A stretch of DNA of 63,891 nt, the filler included, from Octopus bimaculoides (lineage: Eukaryota), in NCBI RefSeq assembly GCF_001194135.2. It is 6 parts of 6 records of this genome, joined end to end, with 100 filler letters (N's around TTAATTAATTAA, not from the genome) between each part and the next. Parts side by side here need not be neighbours in the genome. Positions count along the whole stretch, not along the records: positions 1 to 22,997 come from NC_069003.1; positions 23,098 to 43,211 come from NC_068988.1; positions 43,312 to 49,203 come from NC_068984.1; 3 more parts are not named here. One strand, written 5' to 3'. Under the pieces are notes generated by a model. That model was not told the origin of the DNA. It was given only the letters and a program-made list of their open reading frames with translations, and ran no database searches. How positions within the stretch are numbered: the stretch's first letter is position 1; each line of letters starts with the position of its first letter. Position numbers and translations under genes: made by a program. Shown piece after piece: positions 12,608 to 43,826 of this stretch.

Positions 12608-15168
12608 GACAGGCTTCTTTCAGTTTCCGTCTACCAAATCCACTCACAAGGCTTTGGTCAGCCCAAGGCTATAATAGCAGACACTTGCCCAACATGCCAC
12701 GAAGTGGGACTGAACCTGGAATGATGTGGTTGGGAAGCAAGCTTCTTACCACACAGCCACTCCTATTTAAGGCAAAGTTGACCTCAGTGGAATTAGAACT
12801 CAGAATATAGTAATGGGCAAAATACCTCTAAGCATTTTGTCCAGCATGCTAACGGTTCTGCCAGCTGGCCAATGATAATAATAATAGTTTCAAATTTTGC
12901 TAGAAGTTCAGCGATTTTGGGGGGGAGGGGATGAGTCGATTACATCGACCCCAGTGTTTCAACGGTCCTTATTTCATCGACACCGAACGGATGAATGGTA
13001 AAGTCGACCTCGGTGGAGTTTGACCTAATAATAACAGTTTCAAATTTTGGCCCAGCATCAACAACTTTTGAGTGGAGGGGAAAGCTGATCACATCGACCC
13101 CAGTGCTCAACTGGTACTTATTTCATTGACCCCGAAAGGATGAAAGGCAAAAAGTCAACTTTAGCAGAAGTTGAACCCTGAATATAAAAGAAAAATGCTG
13201 CTTAACATTTTGTCCAATGTGTTAATGGTTAATAATACTGCCAGCTCACCATTTTGAGATAAAACACCACCAGGAAAAAAAACAAAAAGAAAAACTGTTA
13301 TATGGCAGTTATTATGGATAATTTCCTCTTGAAAATATTTTCTAAACATTATAATTACTTGTGAAATTATTTCCAGATAATTTTCATTGTAGGGATTCTG
13401 TTTATTAAATGGAAATATTGTTAAAGAAAACAAAAGCCCCAAAAATGCGAGCCAAAGCGAATAATTAAACTGTTACATTTATGTGACTTCAATGAAACAA
13501 ACGACTTCAAGTGCAAACGATGATGATGATGATGATGATGATGATGGTGACAATGATGGCGATGATGACGACAATGATGATTATGATGACAGTGGTGGTG
13601 ATGATGAGGATGATGGCAGCATTGTAGTTCTTGCCAGTTATTGCCATTGTCATATCTCCAAGAGATATAGATTACACATCTACAATACATTCCATTACAA
13701 TGCCACTCACTGCTGCCGAGGAAATGAAATGTAGTCGTGGGCATGGCTGTGTGGTAAAGAAGTTTGCTTCCCGACTACGTGGTTCTGAGTTCAGTCCTAT
13801 GTTGCTTGGCACCTTGGGCAAGTGCTTTTTTTTTTGCTATAGCCCCCATGACCAGCCAAAGCCTTCATCAACATAATCATTTAGCGTTTGCTTTCCATGC
13901 TGACATGGGTTAGATGGTTTGATTAAAACTGGTAAGGTGAAGGGCTACAACAGGTTCCAATCTGTTTTGACATGGTTTCTGCAACTAGATGTGTCACTGG
14001 CATCAGCCACAACTACAATTTCACATGGCTTGACCGGTCTTCTCAAGCATGGCAGTTTCACCAAAGGTCTTGGTCACTTACCATTGCCTCCGTGAGGCCG
14101 AATGTTCGAAGGATTCTTTTTATGTGCCACTGGCATGGGTGCCATTTACCCGACACTGGCATCGGCCGTGATTACGATTTCACTTTGATGGCATGCGCTG
14201 CTCTCTCACTCAATAGTAATAATAATAATAATAATAACAATAATAATAATAATAATGATCCTTTCTACTCTGGGCACGAGGCCTTGAAAATTTTGGGGGA
14301 GGGGACTAGTCAATTACATTGACCCCAGTGCATAACTGGTACTTATTTAATTGACCCCGAAATAATGAAAAGCAAAGTCGACATCGGTGGAATTTGAACT
14401 CAGAATGTAGTGGCAGATGAAATACCACTAAGCTTTTTGCCTGGTGTGCTAACAATTCTACCAGCTTGTCGCCTTATATAATGATAATAATAATAATACT
14501 AATAATAATGATAATAATAATAATAATAATAATAATAAGCTAAAATCTGTGAAAAAATATGAGTGGTTTTATTACTTTACTGCTGACTTTAAGTTGAGGG
14601 TGGTTTGTTATAAAAAGGGTAGGAATTTTTATTTTGTTTTAATGTATGTTTCGAAAGGTTAGGGTGTTTTTTTTTTTTGTTAACTTTTTTGTTTCTATTT
14701 CAAATTGTGGTCTTTGTTATTTTTTCGTTTTTTTTATTTCAAATTATTGTGTTTTTTTTTACCTCGTTTTTTTTCTTTCTTTTTTTTTTAAATGCTGAAA
14801 TGGTGAGGTAGTGGGTAAGAAGAGTGGAAACTAGAAAGAGAGATAGAGAGAGAGAAAACAGGGAGAGAGAAGGGTGGGGTGGGCGAAATGAGCAGGGGTA
14901 TAGAAACAAGGTTAGATGGCATGTTAAGTGGTTTGCTGCAGGACTAGTAAAACAAGAAGTGGTGGTGGTGGTGGTAATGGTGGTTGGCTGGTTGAGGGTT
15001 ATTTAACTCCAGGTCAGCTCTGCCTGAATACTTTTATGATCAAAGGCTCCAAGCTATGGTCTTCTTTTTATCTTTAATCTTTTATTTGATACAGTCATTG
15101 AGTTGTGGCCATGCTGTAGTACCACCTTGGAGTAGCACCTAAACTTAAGTACCATATTCACCTGAATC

Positions 15169-15250
<82 letters not shown>

Positions 15251-15431
15251 TAGATAGATAGATAGATAATTAAAATAGTAGGGTAAAAAAATTGGATATT
15301 AATTAATATCAATTTAATACCAGGAAATTATCACATTAAAAGAATCAGGAGATTCAGAAAAAATTATCTGAGATCTCAAAAGGATTATTGTATATGTATA
15401 TATAAAAGAGACCACTAAGAATCAGAAAATG

Positions 15432-15735
15432 CTCCTCATTCACAGTGAGAATGCATGACCATGGACATCTTTGACAACAAACCTGACCATTGGCAAATTG
15501 TTCTGGTCAGTAGTTTCCCACCCACTGCACAGTCCAGATTTAGTGCCCTTCAAACTCTACTGGTTTGGTCTTTGAAGGACAATAGTTTGATGATAAGAGA
15601 TGGGATGAAAGTGGCTGTGAAGAAATAGGTCCAACAGGGCATACCTGAATCTTTTACAAAGAGGAGTTGAGAGTTGGGTTCAAGGTCCAACAAGAATGCA
15701 AATGCATTGCTTATGATGGATACTATGTTGGGTAA
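15432..15735 (+). pseudogene. mariner (DD34D-type) transposase C-terminal relic
   Basis: LLIHSENA*PWTSLTT...SHPLHSPDLVP matches the HDNARPH...HPPYSPDLAP motifs; ends KCIAYDGYYVG*; stops and frameshifts present. Confidence 0.7.
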
Positions 15736-17101
15736 TACTTTTGTATAGGTGAGGCCGGGGCAACTTTTTTTGAGAAATGGGCCACATGAGACATGGTTCA
15801 TCATCCGGCAGGCTACACTGCTAAAAATAAATTCAGGGTAATTTTTTTTTGTTAGGCATGCAATTCCAAAAGGCCCAAGGGCCACAGTTTGCCCCCTAAT
15901 GACTGGTGTAGAGGAAGATTATACTAAACCTACATGTGCAATTTGAAAGTCCCCCTCAGTTTATATAAAAATGCTTATGCCCACTTAGTATTCATTTTTA
16001 GGAAGAAACATTGTATAACAGCAGCAGCAGCAGCAACAACTCACCACTTTTACCACCACCACCAACGCCACCACCACCATTATTGACACTATGATAACCA
16101 CTAAAGCTACCACAACATTCTCACCCTCTCGCCCACCCCCTATATATATATATATATAATCAGGAGGGGGTAGGGACATGCCTCAAGTAAATGGATGCAT
16201 TTAACAGATTCTCAAGATAAACATGGAGCAAGAAAAAAATAAAACAAAGACCAAAAAGCAAAAAAAAAAAAAAAACTAAGAGCAGAAAAACAAAGCAAAA
16301 CAAAACAAAAAACAAAAAAAAAACGGACTTCAGTGAAAACTTTTAAGGGTTGTTTTGTTTTTTAACCCCCCATTTTCTCCCCCTAAAACTCTTCTTCTCC
16401 TGGAAGTCATGTTTTCTTTTTAACAAGGTCTAGCACNNNNNNNNNNNNNNNNNNNNNNNNNNNNNNNNNNNNNNNNNNNNNNNNNNNNNNNNNNNNNNNN
16501 NNNNNNNNNNNNNNNNNNNNNNNNNNNNNNNNNNNNNNNNNNNNNNNNNNNNNNNNNNNNNNNNNNNNNNNNNNNNNNNNNNNNNNNNNNNNNNNNNNNN
16601 NNNNNNNNNNNNNNNNNNNNNNNNNNNNNNNNNNNNNNNNNNNNNNNNNNNNNNNNNNNNNNNNNNNNNNNNNNNNNNNNNNNNNNNNNNNNNNNNNNNN
16701 NNNNNNNNNNNNNNNNNNNNNNNNNNNNNNNNNNNNNNNNNNNNNNNNNNNNNNNNNNNNNNNNNNNNNNNNNNNNNNNNNNNNNNNNNNNNNNNNNNNN
16801 NNNNNNNNNNNNNNNNNNNNNNNNNNNNNNNNNNNNNNNNNNNNNNNNNNNNNNNNNNNNNNNNNNNNNNNNNNNNNNNNNNNNNNNNNNNNNNNNNNNN
16901 NNNNNNNNNNNNNNNNNNNNNNNNNNNNNNNNNNNNNNNNNNNNNNNNNNNNNNNNNNNNNNNNNNNNNNNNNNNNNNNNNNNNNNNNNNNNNNNNNNNN
17001 NNNNNNNNNNNNNNNNNNNNNNNNNNNNNNNNNNNNNNNNNNNNNNNNNNNNNNNNNNNNNNNNNNNNNNNNNNNNNNNNNNNNNNNNNNNNNNNNNNNN
17101 N

Positions 17102-17176
<75 letters not shown>

Positions 17177-17524
17177 GGTTTGTGTGAGTGTGTGTGTGTG
17201 TGTATCAAAGAGCCTGTACATGTATATATATATGTGTCTGTAGTACTTCCAGCAAAGCCTCTCTGATATTCAAGCCTAGTGTTGGTGGTGAAGTAGTGAA
17301 CTGTTGACAAAGAGGTGGGTGTGTGGAATGGTAGTGATGGGTCCTGTACAAACCATCTCCCCTTCCACCTCCCCAATAATTCCCTCTGCCACCTCACCCC
17401 TTCATCCCAACAGTTCCCTCATCACAGGAGGCCCAGGAATCACCTTTTGTATTTTCCACACTGCCAAAAAAACCTCCCTTCTTCTTCATGTTTTGGTTTG
17501 TTTTTATTTTCTTTTGTCATTTCC

Positions 17525-17558
<34 letters not shown>

Positions 17559-18391
17559 CATCCTTTCTCTAAAAAATACAAGGCCTGAAATTTTAGAGGA
17601 GGGGACCAGTCGATTACATTGACCCTAGTACTCAACTGGTACTTATTTCATCAACCCCTGAATGGATGAAAGGCATATTCGACCTCGGTGGAATTTGAAC
17701 TCAGAACATAAAGACAGACAAAATGCCGCTAAGGTTTTTACCTGGTGTGCTAAACAGTTCTGCCAGCTCACTGCCTTCATAATAATAATGATGTCTTTAT
17801 TGGCCACAAGGACTGAACACAAAAACAAATGGGGACATTTCAGTACAAGGGACAAGTGGGGTGTTGAGCAATGTCATGTATACAATAAGTAACAGAAACA
17901 ATTAACAAAACAATTAAACAATAAAAAAATCCCCAAAAGTGGGAAGTTCCTCACAGGAACAACTGAGGAATCCCAAACATCTTGGTTATCCTGAACGCCA
18001 GGTGCAACTCAGCAGACACCTCTCTCCTCCTCAACTCCTGTAGTTTACAAGCAAAAGTTCAGAGCAGGCCCATTCATATGAGCCATCTATGCTACATTCA
18101 CCCATGTCATCATCATCGTCTAACGTCCGTTTTCCATGCTGGCATGGGTTGGACGGTTTGACTGAGGTCTGGGGAGCCAGCGGTTGCACCAGGCTCCAGT
18201 CTGATCTGGCAATGTTGGGTACAGCTGGATGCTCTTCCTAATGCCAACCACTCTGAGAGTGTCGTGGGTGCTTTTAACGTGTCACTGGCACAGGAGTCAG
18301 TTGAGCGGGCCTGCCATCGATCACATTCTGATAGTGCTTTTTACATCCCACCGGTACGGGAGCCAGTGAGGGGGGCACTGGCATCAGCCAC

Positions 18392-18434
<43 letters not shown>

Positions 18435-18948
18435 GCTCCTTTCAGTTTCCATTTACCAAATCTGCTCACAAGGCTTTGGTCGGCCCAAGGCTGTAGTAGA
18501 AGACACTTGCCCAAGGTTCCACGCAATGGAACTGAACCTGGAACCATGTGATTGGGAAGCAAGCTTCTTACCACACAGCCACACCTGCGCCTACCTATAT
18601 GCAACTATTTAATCATTCTTTGCTCTGGAGCCTGTGTAGACGGTGAAGTTAGACGCAGGGGCCCAGATCTGAGAGGGTTAAGAAGGACATCCAGCTCTGG
18701 AAATCATACCAAGGCAGACATTGGCGCTCAACATAGTCTTCTGGCCTGTTGGATCCTGTCGAACTGTCCAACCCATGCCAGCTTGGAAGATGGACGTGAA
18801 ATGAATGATGATAAAATGTGCAAAGATATGTGTGTTCATATGTATCTCTGTGTTTTTGTGTGTGAGTCATGTGACTACTCCCATATGCAAATGGCTACAT
18901 GTTGTATGTCTGTATTGGCAAGTAATCATTCATACATGCTTATAGTAT

Positions 18949-18979
<31 letters not shown>

Positions 18980-21124
18980 TTTGTATGTATAGTTGTATAT
19001 GTACATATATATATATTTATATATATGCATGTCACTGTATGAATGTATGTGTAAGTGTGTATGTGTCATATATATACACACACACACACACGGGTGCTTT
19101 TGTGTGTGTATGTGTGTGTGTATGTCTGTACGTGTTGGTGTAGATGTGTACATGTGTGTGTGTATGATGTAGATGTGTATATCATATGTGTGTGTGTGTA
19201 TGTGCGTATGCGTTGGTGTAGGTGTGTGTCTGTGTGTCACTCATTACACATAAGGGTGGGGAAGGTAGGTGAAGCTTAAGTACAGAAGTGTGGACAGGAG
19301 AACAGGGTGGAGCAGGAGGTGGTGGGTGGGGTGGGGTAATGTTTGTAGAAGTAAAAGAGGACATGGGTGGGTGGGTGTCCCNNNNNNNNNNNNNNNNNNN
19401 NNNNNNNNNNNNNNNNNNNNNNNNNNNNNNNNNNNNNNNNNNNNNNNNNNNNNNNNNNNNNNNNNNNNNNNNNNNNNNNNNNNNNNNNNNNNNNNNNNNN
19501 NNNNNNNNNNNNNNNNNNNNNNNNNNNNNNNNNNNNNNNNNNNNNNNNNNNNNNNNNNNNNNNNNNNNNNNNNNNNNNNNNNNNNNNNNNNNNNNNNNNN
19601 NNNNNNNNNNNNNNNNNNNNNNNNNNNNNNNNNNNNNNNNNNNNNNNNNNNNNNNNNNNNNNNNNNNNNNNNNNNNNNNNNNNNNNNNNNNNNNNNNNNN
19701 NNNNNNNNNNNNNNNNAGAGAAGAGAAGAGAAAAAATGAGGGACGTGGGAGGGAGGAGGAGGGTGGAAAAAGAAAAAGAAAAAAATCTTCAGTCAATGAT
19801 GTTTAAGTGGCAAAAATAAGACAAGGAAAAGATGGAAGACAGAAGAAGTGAAAGCTACTACTACTACTACTACTGATACTATTATTACTACTACTGCTGC
19901 TACCACTGCGACTACCACAATTACTACTACTACCACCACCACCACCACTGCTACTACTACCACTACTACCACCTCTGCCACTGACAACACCACCATCAGC
20001 ACCACCACTAACTACTACCACACTACAACTGCTATTACCACCACCACCACCATTACTACTACTACTACCACAACTACCACCACCACCTACTAGTACTACC
20101 CCCTCACCATCATTATTACAACTACTACTCTGATGTAAAGAACACTTTTGGGGTTCTTTTTTATTGTTTAATTGTTTCTGTTATTGTATACACAACATTG
20201 TTCAACGCCCCACTTGTCCCTACTACCCTGATGTAAAGAACATGGAAGTCCTGGTTTAGGACGAATGCTGCTGTAATTTAGCCCCAGGAGACATCATCTC
20301 CAGCTGGCTATACTACACGATCTGTGTCCTTATATTTTCGAACAAAGGAATTTAGCACCCCCACTCAGCTCAAAACAATATTTGTGTATCGCAAAGGGAA
20401 ATAACCCAGAAATTGCAGTAGTAGTGGCAACAGTAGTGGCAGCAGCAGCAGTTTTACTGTTCAAGAGGATTCTGTCTTGACAATATAAAAAAAACCACTG
20501 AAACAATATTCTGCCACCAGGTAAAAGAAAAGGAAAATGGTGGAAGATGAGGGATGGCGAGAGTTCGATGGATAAATAAGGAGAGAGAGAGAGAGATTCA
20601 GATGCTTTATTCTAAGTATGGTTCTATCAAGTAACCCACAAGCCAACTGGCAAGCCATCGAGCCATTTGGCTGGATATTCCACCTCCACTAACACAGAAA
20701 CTCACCACTGCCACCACCACCACCACCACTACCACCACCATCACTGTCGCCACTGCTGCTACTGTCAGGATCATTTTATAGACTGCAGACACCATATAAA
20801 AATTGCTTGCTTTACTTGCCAGTGAAGAGGACTTCAAGAATGGAAAGGGGTAGCGGGAGTAGGAAGTGAGTTTTATCAATGACAATTACCCACCAGCCAC
20901 CAGTATGGTACACACAACCACACACACACACATACACACACACAAACATGTGTGAATGTGTGTGTCTGTGGTGTATTGAAGGAGCTTTCTATAAGAGCCA
21001 CATGATTCTCTGAATCCATATCTTACCAGCCCTGGTCAAACCATCCGACCCATACCAGCATGGACAACGGATAATGATGATGATGATGATGTGTGTGTAT
21101 GTATGTATGTATATATGTCTTTAA

Positions 21125-21347
21125 CCCTTTAGCATTCAAACTGGCCATATCCGGCCAAAAGTATCCTGCCTGTTTTATGTTAGAACTGGCCAGATCTGGT
21201 CTCTCACACCAACCCTACAATATCGTTTTAAAAATTAGCAGCTACCTTATCAAAATCTCATAGCTACAAGATAATGCATGATTATAGTTCAAAGCAATGT
21301 GGATAAAAAAGCATCAATTTTGGCAGAATAATGTGAACACTAAAGGG
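21125..21347 (+). mobile_element. piggyBac-type MITE (family C)
   Basis: TTAA|CCCTTTAGCATTCA ... TGAACACTAAAGGG|TTAA. Confidence 0.75.
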
Positions 21348-21856
21348 TTAAGTATATAAACTTTGGAATTAAAAACTACACCAACCCACCAAACTGGATG
21401 ACACTGCATAGTACAAAAATCTTGAGCCACCAACAACCACATGCTAAGACAAAATCGCCCGCTACTGATATAGTAAAATAGCTATTGAAGAATTACTGAT
21501 GTCACAATATGCTGGCGGGCTGAATAAAATTCGTCATGTGCAACAGAAGCAATGTTAGTTCAGTATAGCAATCTGATTTTGTGCTAACATACAACTGCCT
21601 GGGGATATTTGCTACTGACACAGCGCAACCAGGCAGAAATGCACGTTTAGCAATGACGCCACTGCTGGCGGATGATTTTCATCTGCTGTTGATACATTTG
21701 TGTTTTTTAAAATATGTATATCTATCAGAGATATTATCTCAGGACAAATATCATGTTTATCAGACGTTCAATGATGTATCTGTTTGCTGTTTTGAATTAA
21801 AACTGCTCCAGTCAGTCACAAACAAATGAAATATACATACATACATAAATACATAC

Positions 21857-21938
<82 letters not shown>

Positions 21939-22997
21939 TGCAGATATACATCTCTCTCCATATATACATACATCTATATATATATACACACACATATACA
22001 CATTGATGTATATTATTAATATGGTGACAGAGTTGTGGTGTGTATGTATGTCTTTGCATGTATATGTATGTATAAGGTAAGCATATAAATGTTTTATTGG
22101 TAAACTTTACAGAGTAATAGGTCACACAATAACACCACACAAACATACATGTGCGTGAGTGCACTCTCACACACATGCATACATTTACACACACACAAGC
22201 ACACACATAAAACATTTCCTCATAAAAAATCAAGTACCATAAGCTGTCAAATAAAAATAGCATAAATGTTAGCTATAGTTGACTGGAAAACATCAGAAAC
22301 CTGATATCATGAACACACACACACACACACACACACACATCTAAGAAAAAGTCAAACCCACTCACAAAATTACATCTGTAACAGCAAGACTAGGTGTCGT
22401 GTCCACTTAATGGTAAGTGCCACACAAAAGTCCACATGTGTTTGTTGCTGAAATATTATTGAGCCCGCAGAAAATAACATTAAGATCAGACACACAATGT
22501 ATCCAGAACGTTGTAGATTCTACCTCACTCTTCCTGTATACCTGAGATTGAAATAAGCTGGTCTTGTAATTAAAACTACTAAACTACAGTAAGGTTCTTA
22601 GTGAAGTCACTGAGATGAGGAATTCAATGAGCTCAATCAGAAAGGAATGGTTTTTCTAATAGGTAAGGCTTCTGTAATAGGCAGACGAAGAAGAGATTGA
22701 GTGTGGCTGTCCACTGTAAAGAGGACGTAGAGGGATGTAAAGCATTAAAACATTCAAAGAAATGATTCTGAGCAATTGGTCCAGTGTACTGATGATAATA
22801 ATAATAATAATAATAATAGAAATATTTATCTTTTCTACTATAGGCACAAGGTCTGAAATTTGGTGGGGAGGGACAAGTCATTTACATCGACCCCAGTGTA
22901 AATTTATCAATTTCGAAAGGATGAAAGGCAAAGTCGACCTCAGCAGAATTTGAACTCAAAATGTAGCGATGGGCGAAATACTGTTAAGCATTTTGCT

Positions 22998-23097
22998 NNN
23001 NNNNNNNNNNNNNNNNNNNNNNNNNNNNNNNNNNNNNNNNNTTAATTAATTAANNNNNNNNNNNNNNNNNNNNNNNNNNNNNNNNNNNNNNNNNNNN
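22998..23097. other. Artificial 100-bp scaffold spacer (44 N + TTAATTAATTAA + 44 N)
   Basis: Identical structure at 43212-43311, 49204-49303, 55126-55225 and 60497-60596; the linker gives stops in all six frames. Confidence 0.92.
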
Positions 23098-23439
23098 CAG
23101 TAATGTGCACAACTCTTCTATAATAATATTTTGTTGTATACCCAATTGAATATTAGCTAATAACCCATTTTCTATAGCGATGTTTGAACAAAAATTTAAA
23201 TAATTTTATATTTTGTTGAATTTACTTGTAATTAAAGTCACTTTGTGACAAAAATTTTGGTATAGAATTGGTTGAGAACCTTTCGTTAATTTATCTTCCA
23301 AAAATCACATTAATATGTTAATAAATAAAAAAGTTGGAGTTGTTTAATGAAACCAGCCTAAATTTATGATTATGTTAGAAATTAATTGAAACACATAAGG
23401 GGTGTAATTTGGTTAGAAATATGGTAACGAAAGGGTTAA
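23098..23439 (+). mobile_element. TTAA-ending MITE/DNA transposon 3' part (family D)
   Basis: Ends GTAACGAAAGGG|TTAA; aligns with about 7330-7528. Confidence 0.6.
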
Positions 23440-23536
23440 CTTATTATTATCATTCAGGTCATTGCCTGGAATTGAACTCGGAATCTTGGAGTCAGTAGCC
23501 TGCGCTCTTAACCACTACGTATGTTTGTCTTTGCAG

Positions 23537-39970
<16,434 letters not shown>

Positions 39971-42885
39971 ATTTTTTTTCTTCTTCTTCACTCCTGTTTT
40001 AATTTTTATTTTTATTTCAATTTTTTTTGTATAAAAATATATTACATACTCGGAACTTTTGGCAGTTTTGTCTTCATTACATACATCATCATCATCATCG
40101 TACTCATTTAATGTCCATTTTTCATGCTTCCATGGATTGGACAGAATTCATTGAAGCAGGTCCTTCCCCTTGCCAACACTCACCTGTTTCCAAATAAGGT
40201 AATATTTCTCCATGGACAGACATGCTTTTCAGGGAAGACTCGAAGCGAACAACATTGTTTGTATGGTGATGTTGATAGTTGTTTACAACAATCACATGAT
40301 GTCTCGGGCTGTGTGGTAAGGAGCTTGCTTCCCAACCACAGGATTTTGGGTTCAGTCCTGCAACATGACAGTATCTTCTGCTTTTAGCCCATGCTGACTA
40401 AAGCCTTATAAGTGAATTTGGTAAATGAAGCCTGTTGTATGTATGTATGTATTTATTGGATCATCCCATAAATATTTCTAAAAGTTTGTTAAATGGACAG
40501 TAACCTTGAGGCCATGTTTTCTTTTATTCTAAAGAGACAATAAAACGTTTGGGCACTTTTATATGTAAGGCTGTGTGGTTAAGAAGTTTGTTTCCCAGCC
40601 ACATGGTTCCAGGTTCAGTCCCACTGTGTGGTACTTTGGACAAATGTCTTCTACTCTTGCTTCTGGTCAACCAAAGTCTTGTGGATGCCACATAGGTTGA
40701 AAGAAATTTGCTGAGGTCGATTTTCTAGTCGGATCCTTTAACTGTCACCAGCTGTAACTTGTGGCCAAGCAAAGGAATAATAGTCTATGACGAGAGCTTT
40801 TTCACAGAAGATTGAAAACGAAGGACACCGCTTGTATGTAGGTGACGCTTGTTTACAACTATCGTGATGTCAAGAGAAGGATGTTACTGAAAAAAAAAAT
40901 TTTAATTTCACTCTTTTTAAATTGTTTCACTTTCTGCTTGAAAATAAAGGAATTGTAATGGTGGTCGACAATTTACTCTTTACTCTTTTACTTGTTTCAG
41001 TCATTTGACTGCAGCCATGCAGAAGCACCGCCTTTAGTCGAACATTCGACCCCAGGACTTATTCTTTGTAAGCCTAGTACTTATTCTATCGGTCTCTTTT
41101 TGCTGAACCGCTAAGTTACGGGGACGTAAACACACCAGCAATCGGTTGTCAAGCAATGTCGGGCGGACAAACATATACACACGACGGGCTTCTTTCAGTT
41201 TCCGTCTACCAAATCCACTCACAAGGCTTTGGTCGGCCCGAGGCTACAGTAGAAGACACTTGCCCAAGGTGCTACGCAGTGGGACTGAACCCAGAACCAT
41301 GTGGTTGGTAAGCAAGCTATTTACCACACAGCCACTCCTGATTTCCANNNNNNNNNNNNNNNNNNNNNNNNNNNNNNNNNNNNNNNNNNNNNNNNNNNNN
41401 NNNNNNNNNNNNNNNNNNNNNNNNNNNNNNNNNNNNNNNNNNNNNNNNNNNNNNNNNNNNNNNNNNNNNNNNNNNNNNNNNNNNNNNNNNNNNNNNNNNN
41501 NNNNNNNNNNNNNNNNNNNNNNNNNNNNNNNNNNNNNNNNNNNNNNNNNNNNNNNNNNNNNNNNNNNNNNNNNNNNNNNNNNNNNNNNNNNNNNNNNNNN
41601 NNNNNNNNNNNNNNNNNNNNNNNNNNNNNNNNNNNNNNNNNNNNNNNNNNNNNNNNNNNNNNNNNNNNNNNNNNNNNNNNNNNNNNNNNNNNNNNNNNNN
41701 NNNNNNNNNNNNNNNNNNNNNNNNNNNNNNNNNNNNNNNNNNNNNNNNNNNNNNNNNNNNNNNNNNNNNNNNNNNNNNNNNNNNNNNNNNNNNNNNNNNN
41801 NNNNNNNNNNNNNNNNNNNNNNNNNNNNNNNNNNNNNNNNNNNNNNNNNNNNNNNNNNNNNNNNNNNNNNNNNNNNNNNNNNNNNNACTTAATCCCTTTG
41901 TCTGTCCTTGTTTGTCCCCTCTATGTTCAGCCCCTTCTGGGCAATAAAGAAATAAGAAGCGTTAGCACGCTGAGCGAAATGCTTCGCGGTATTTCGTCTG
42001 CTGTTACGTTCTGAGTTCAAATTCCGCCGAAGTCGACTTTGCCTTTCATCCTTTCGGGGGTCGATTAAATATGTACCAGTTACGCACTGGGGTCGATATA
42101 ATCGACTTAATCCCTTTGTCCTTGTTTGTCCCTTCTATGTTTAGCCCCTTGTGGGCAATAAAGAAATAAACGTTAAATATTCGTGTTTCATCGAAACGTT
42201 TTACAGCGAATTTTACCAGAGTTATCTTTCTTACATCGTTTACGTCACTAAAAGAATTGGAGAAGGAAAAGATAACAACTTGTAGGTTAATAAATTAGAT
42301 TTACCAATCTTTAATATTACATTAACAGAATGAAATAAAAAAAAAGAGATGAGCAAAACTCTTCAGATCAACAATTGCTCCTGTACTGTGTGGGGGACCG
42401 GCATTTCTTCGGCGTGTCGTTAAAAAAAAAAAAAGAAGGCGAATTGCTCGACTAAAGAGTTTGAGGTAGGATTTGCACTTGAACCTTATAAAAAAAAAAA
42501 ATAAAAAAAAATCCTTTGCCAGCAATGAGCCTCTAACAGACCCCATGGGTTGGAGGGTTGTCGCCTGAGTGGCGCTAAGGTGTCATCCACCAGGGAATCC
42601 CCAACAAATAGTGAATGCAGTGACGCGCAGTTACAGCGAATACCACCACCATGCTACTACTACCACTACTACTACTACTACGGGTCAATGTAATCGACTA
42701 CTCTCTTTTCTCCCTCCCCTAAATTTTGTGATTTGGGCATTTAGGTCGTGTTTATTGTCTGCGTTCAAATTCCACCGAGGTCAGCTTAGCCTTTTATCCT
42801 TTCAGGGTCAGTCGAAAACTGGGGGTCAGTGTAGTCGACAATCCACCTCCACCAAAATATCGAGCCTTGTGCCTATAGAAGAAAA

Positions 42886-42919
<34 letters not shown>

Positions 42920-43826
42920 GTTAAGGCGGCGATCTGCCAGAATCGTTACCATGGCGGTCAAAAATGCTTAACGCCATTTCTGAGTTCAAATTCTGCTGAG
43001 GTCAACTTTGCTTTTCATCCCTTCGAGGTCGAAGTAGAGAAAATAAAGTACCAGTCGAGTACTGGGGCCGATGTCCACCCTAAATCACTGTCTTTGTATC
43101 AAATTTAGAAGCATTTGTTCCAATCGTTAATCCAACATTTCGCTGTGTAAGTAAAACCACAACGTTTTGTCAATAAATATAAAGTGTGCAAGGGAGATAA
43201 CTTAGATATTTNNNNNNNNNNNNNNNNNNNNNNNNNNNNNNNNNNNNNNNNNNNNTTAATTAATTAANNNNNNNNNNNNNNNNNNNNNNNNNNNNNNNNN
43301 NNNNNNNNNNNAGAGAGAGAGAGAGAGAGAGAGAGATACATACAAAGTCATAGATTAACTTGCTTTAAGACAATTCTTTCCTTCTACCTTTTCACTCTTA
43401 CTTCATTCTTCTTCCTCTCTCCCATTTAATAGCTTTCTTCTATCCCTCTACCGCTACATATTTTTCATGACATAGAAACGTAAAAACACACACAACCACA
43501 CATACGTGATCTGTGACAACAACATACACATAAACACATCAACATTATAGATATAAGATTTAGTTTCTGTGTGTTTCTTATATAAACATGCGCACGCATT
43601 GCTATTTTATAACTGTCTTCCGTTCTCCCTTCCTCTCTCTTCATTGCTCCCGTTCTCTATTCCTTTCTCCCCCTGTCTCTCTTTTCCTCTCTCCCTCTTC
43701 TCTCTCGCTCTCGCAAACGCATACACGCGCACGTACACACAAGCATTCTCTACAATATAACTCATGTTCGTCAATGTTTTGTAAATATACAAACTACGGA
43801 GCTTATGGACAACACATTATAATGTG

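Noticed and set aside
42462-42483. TGAGGTAG let-7-like seed
   Set aside because: Only 8 nt match and there is no complementary arm.
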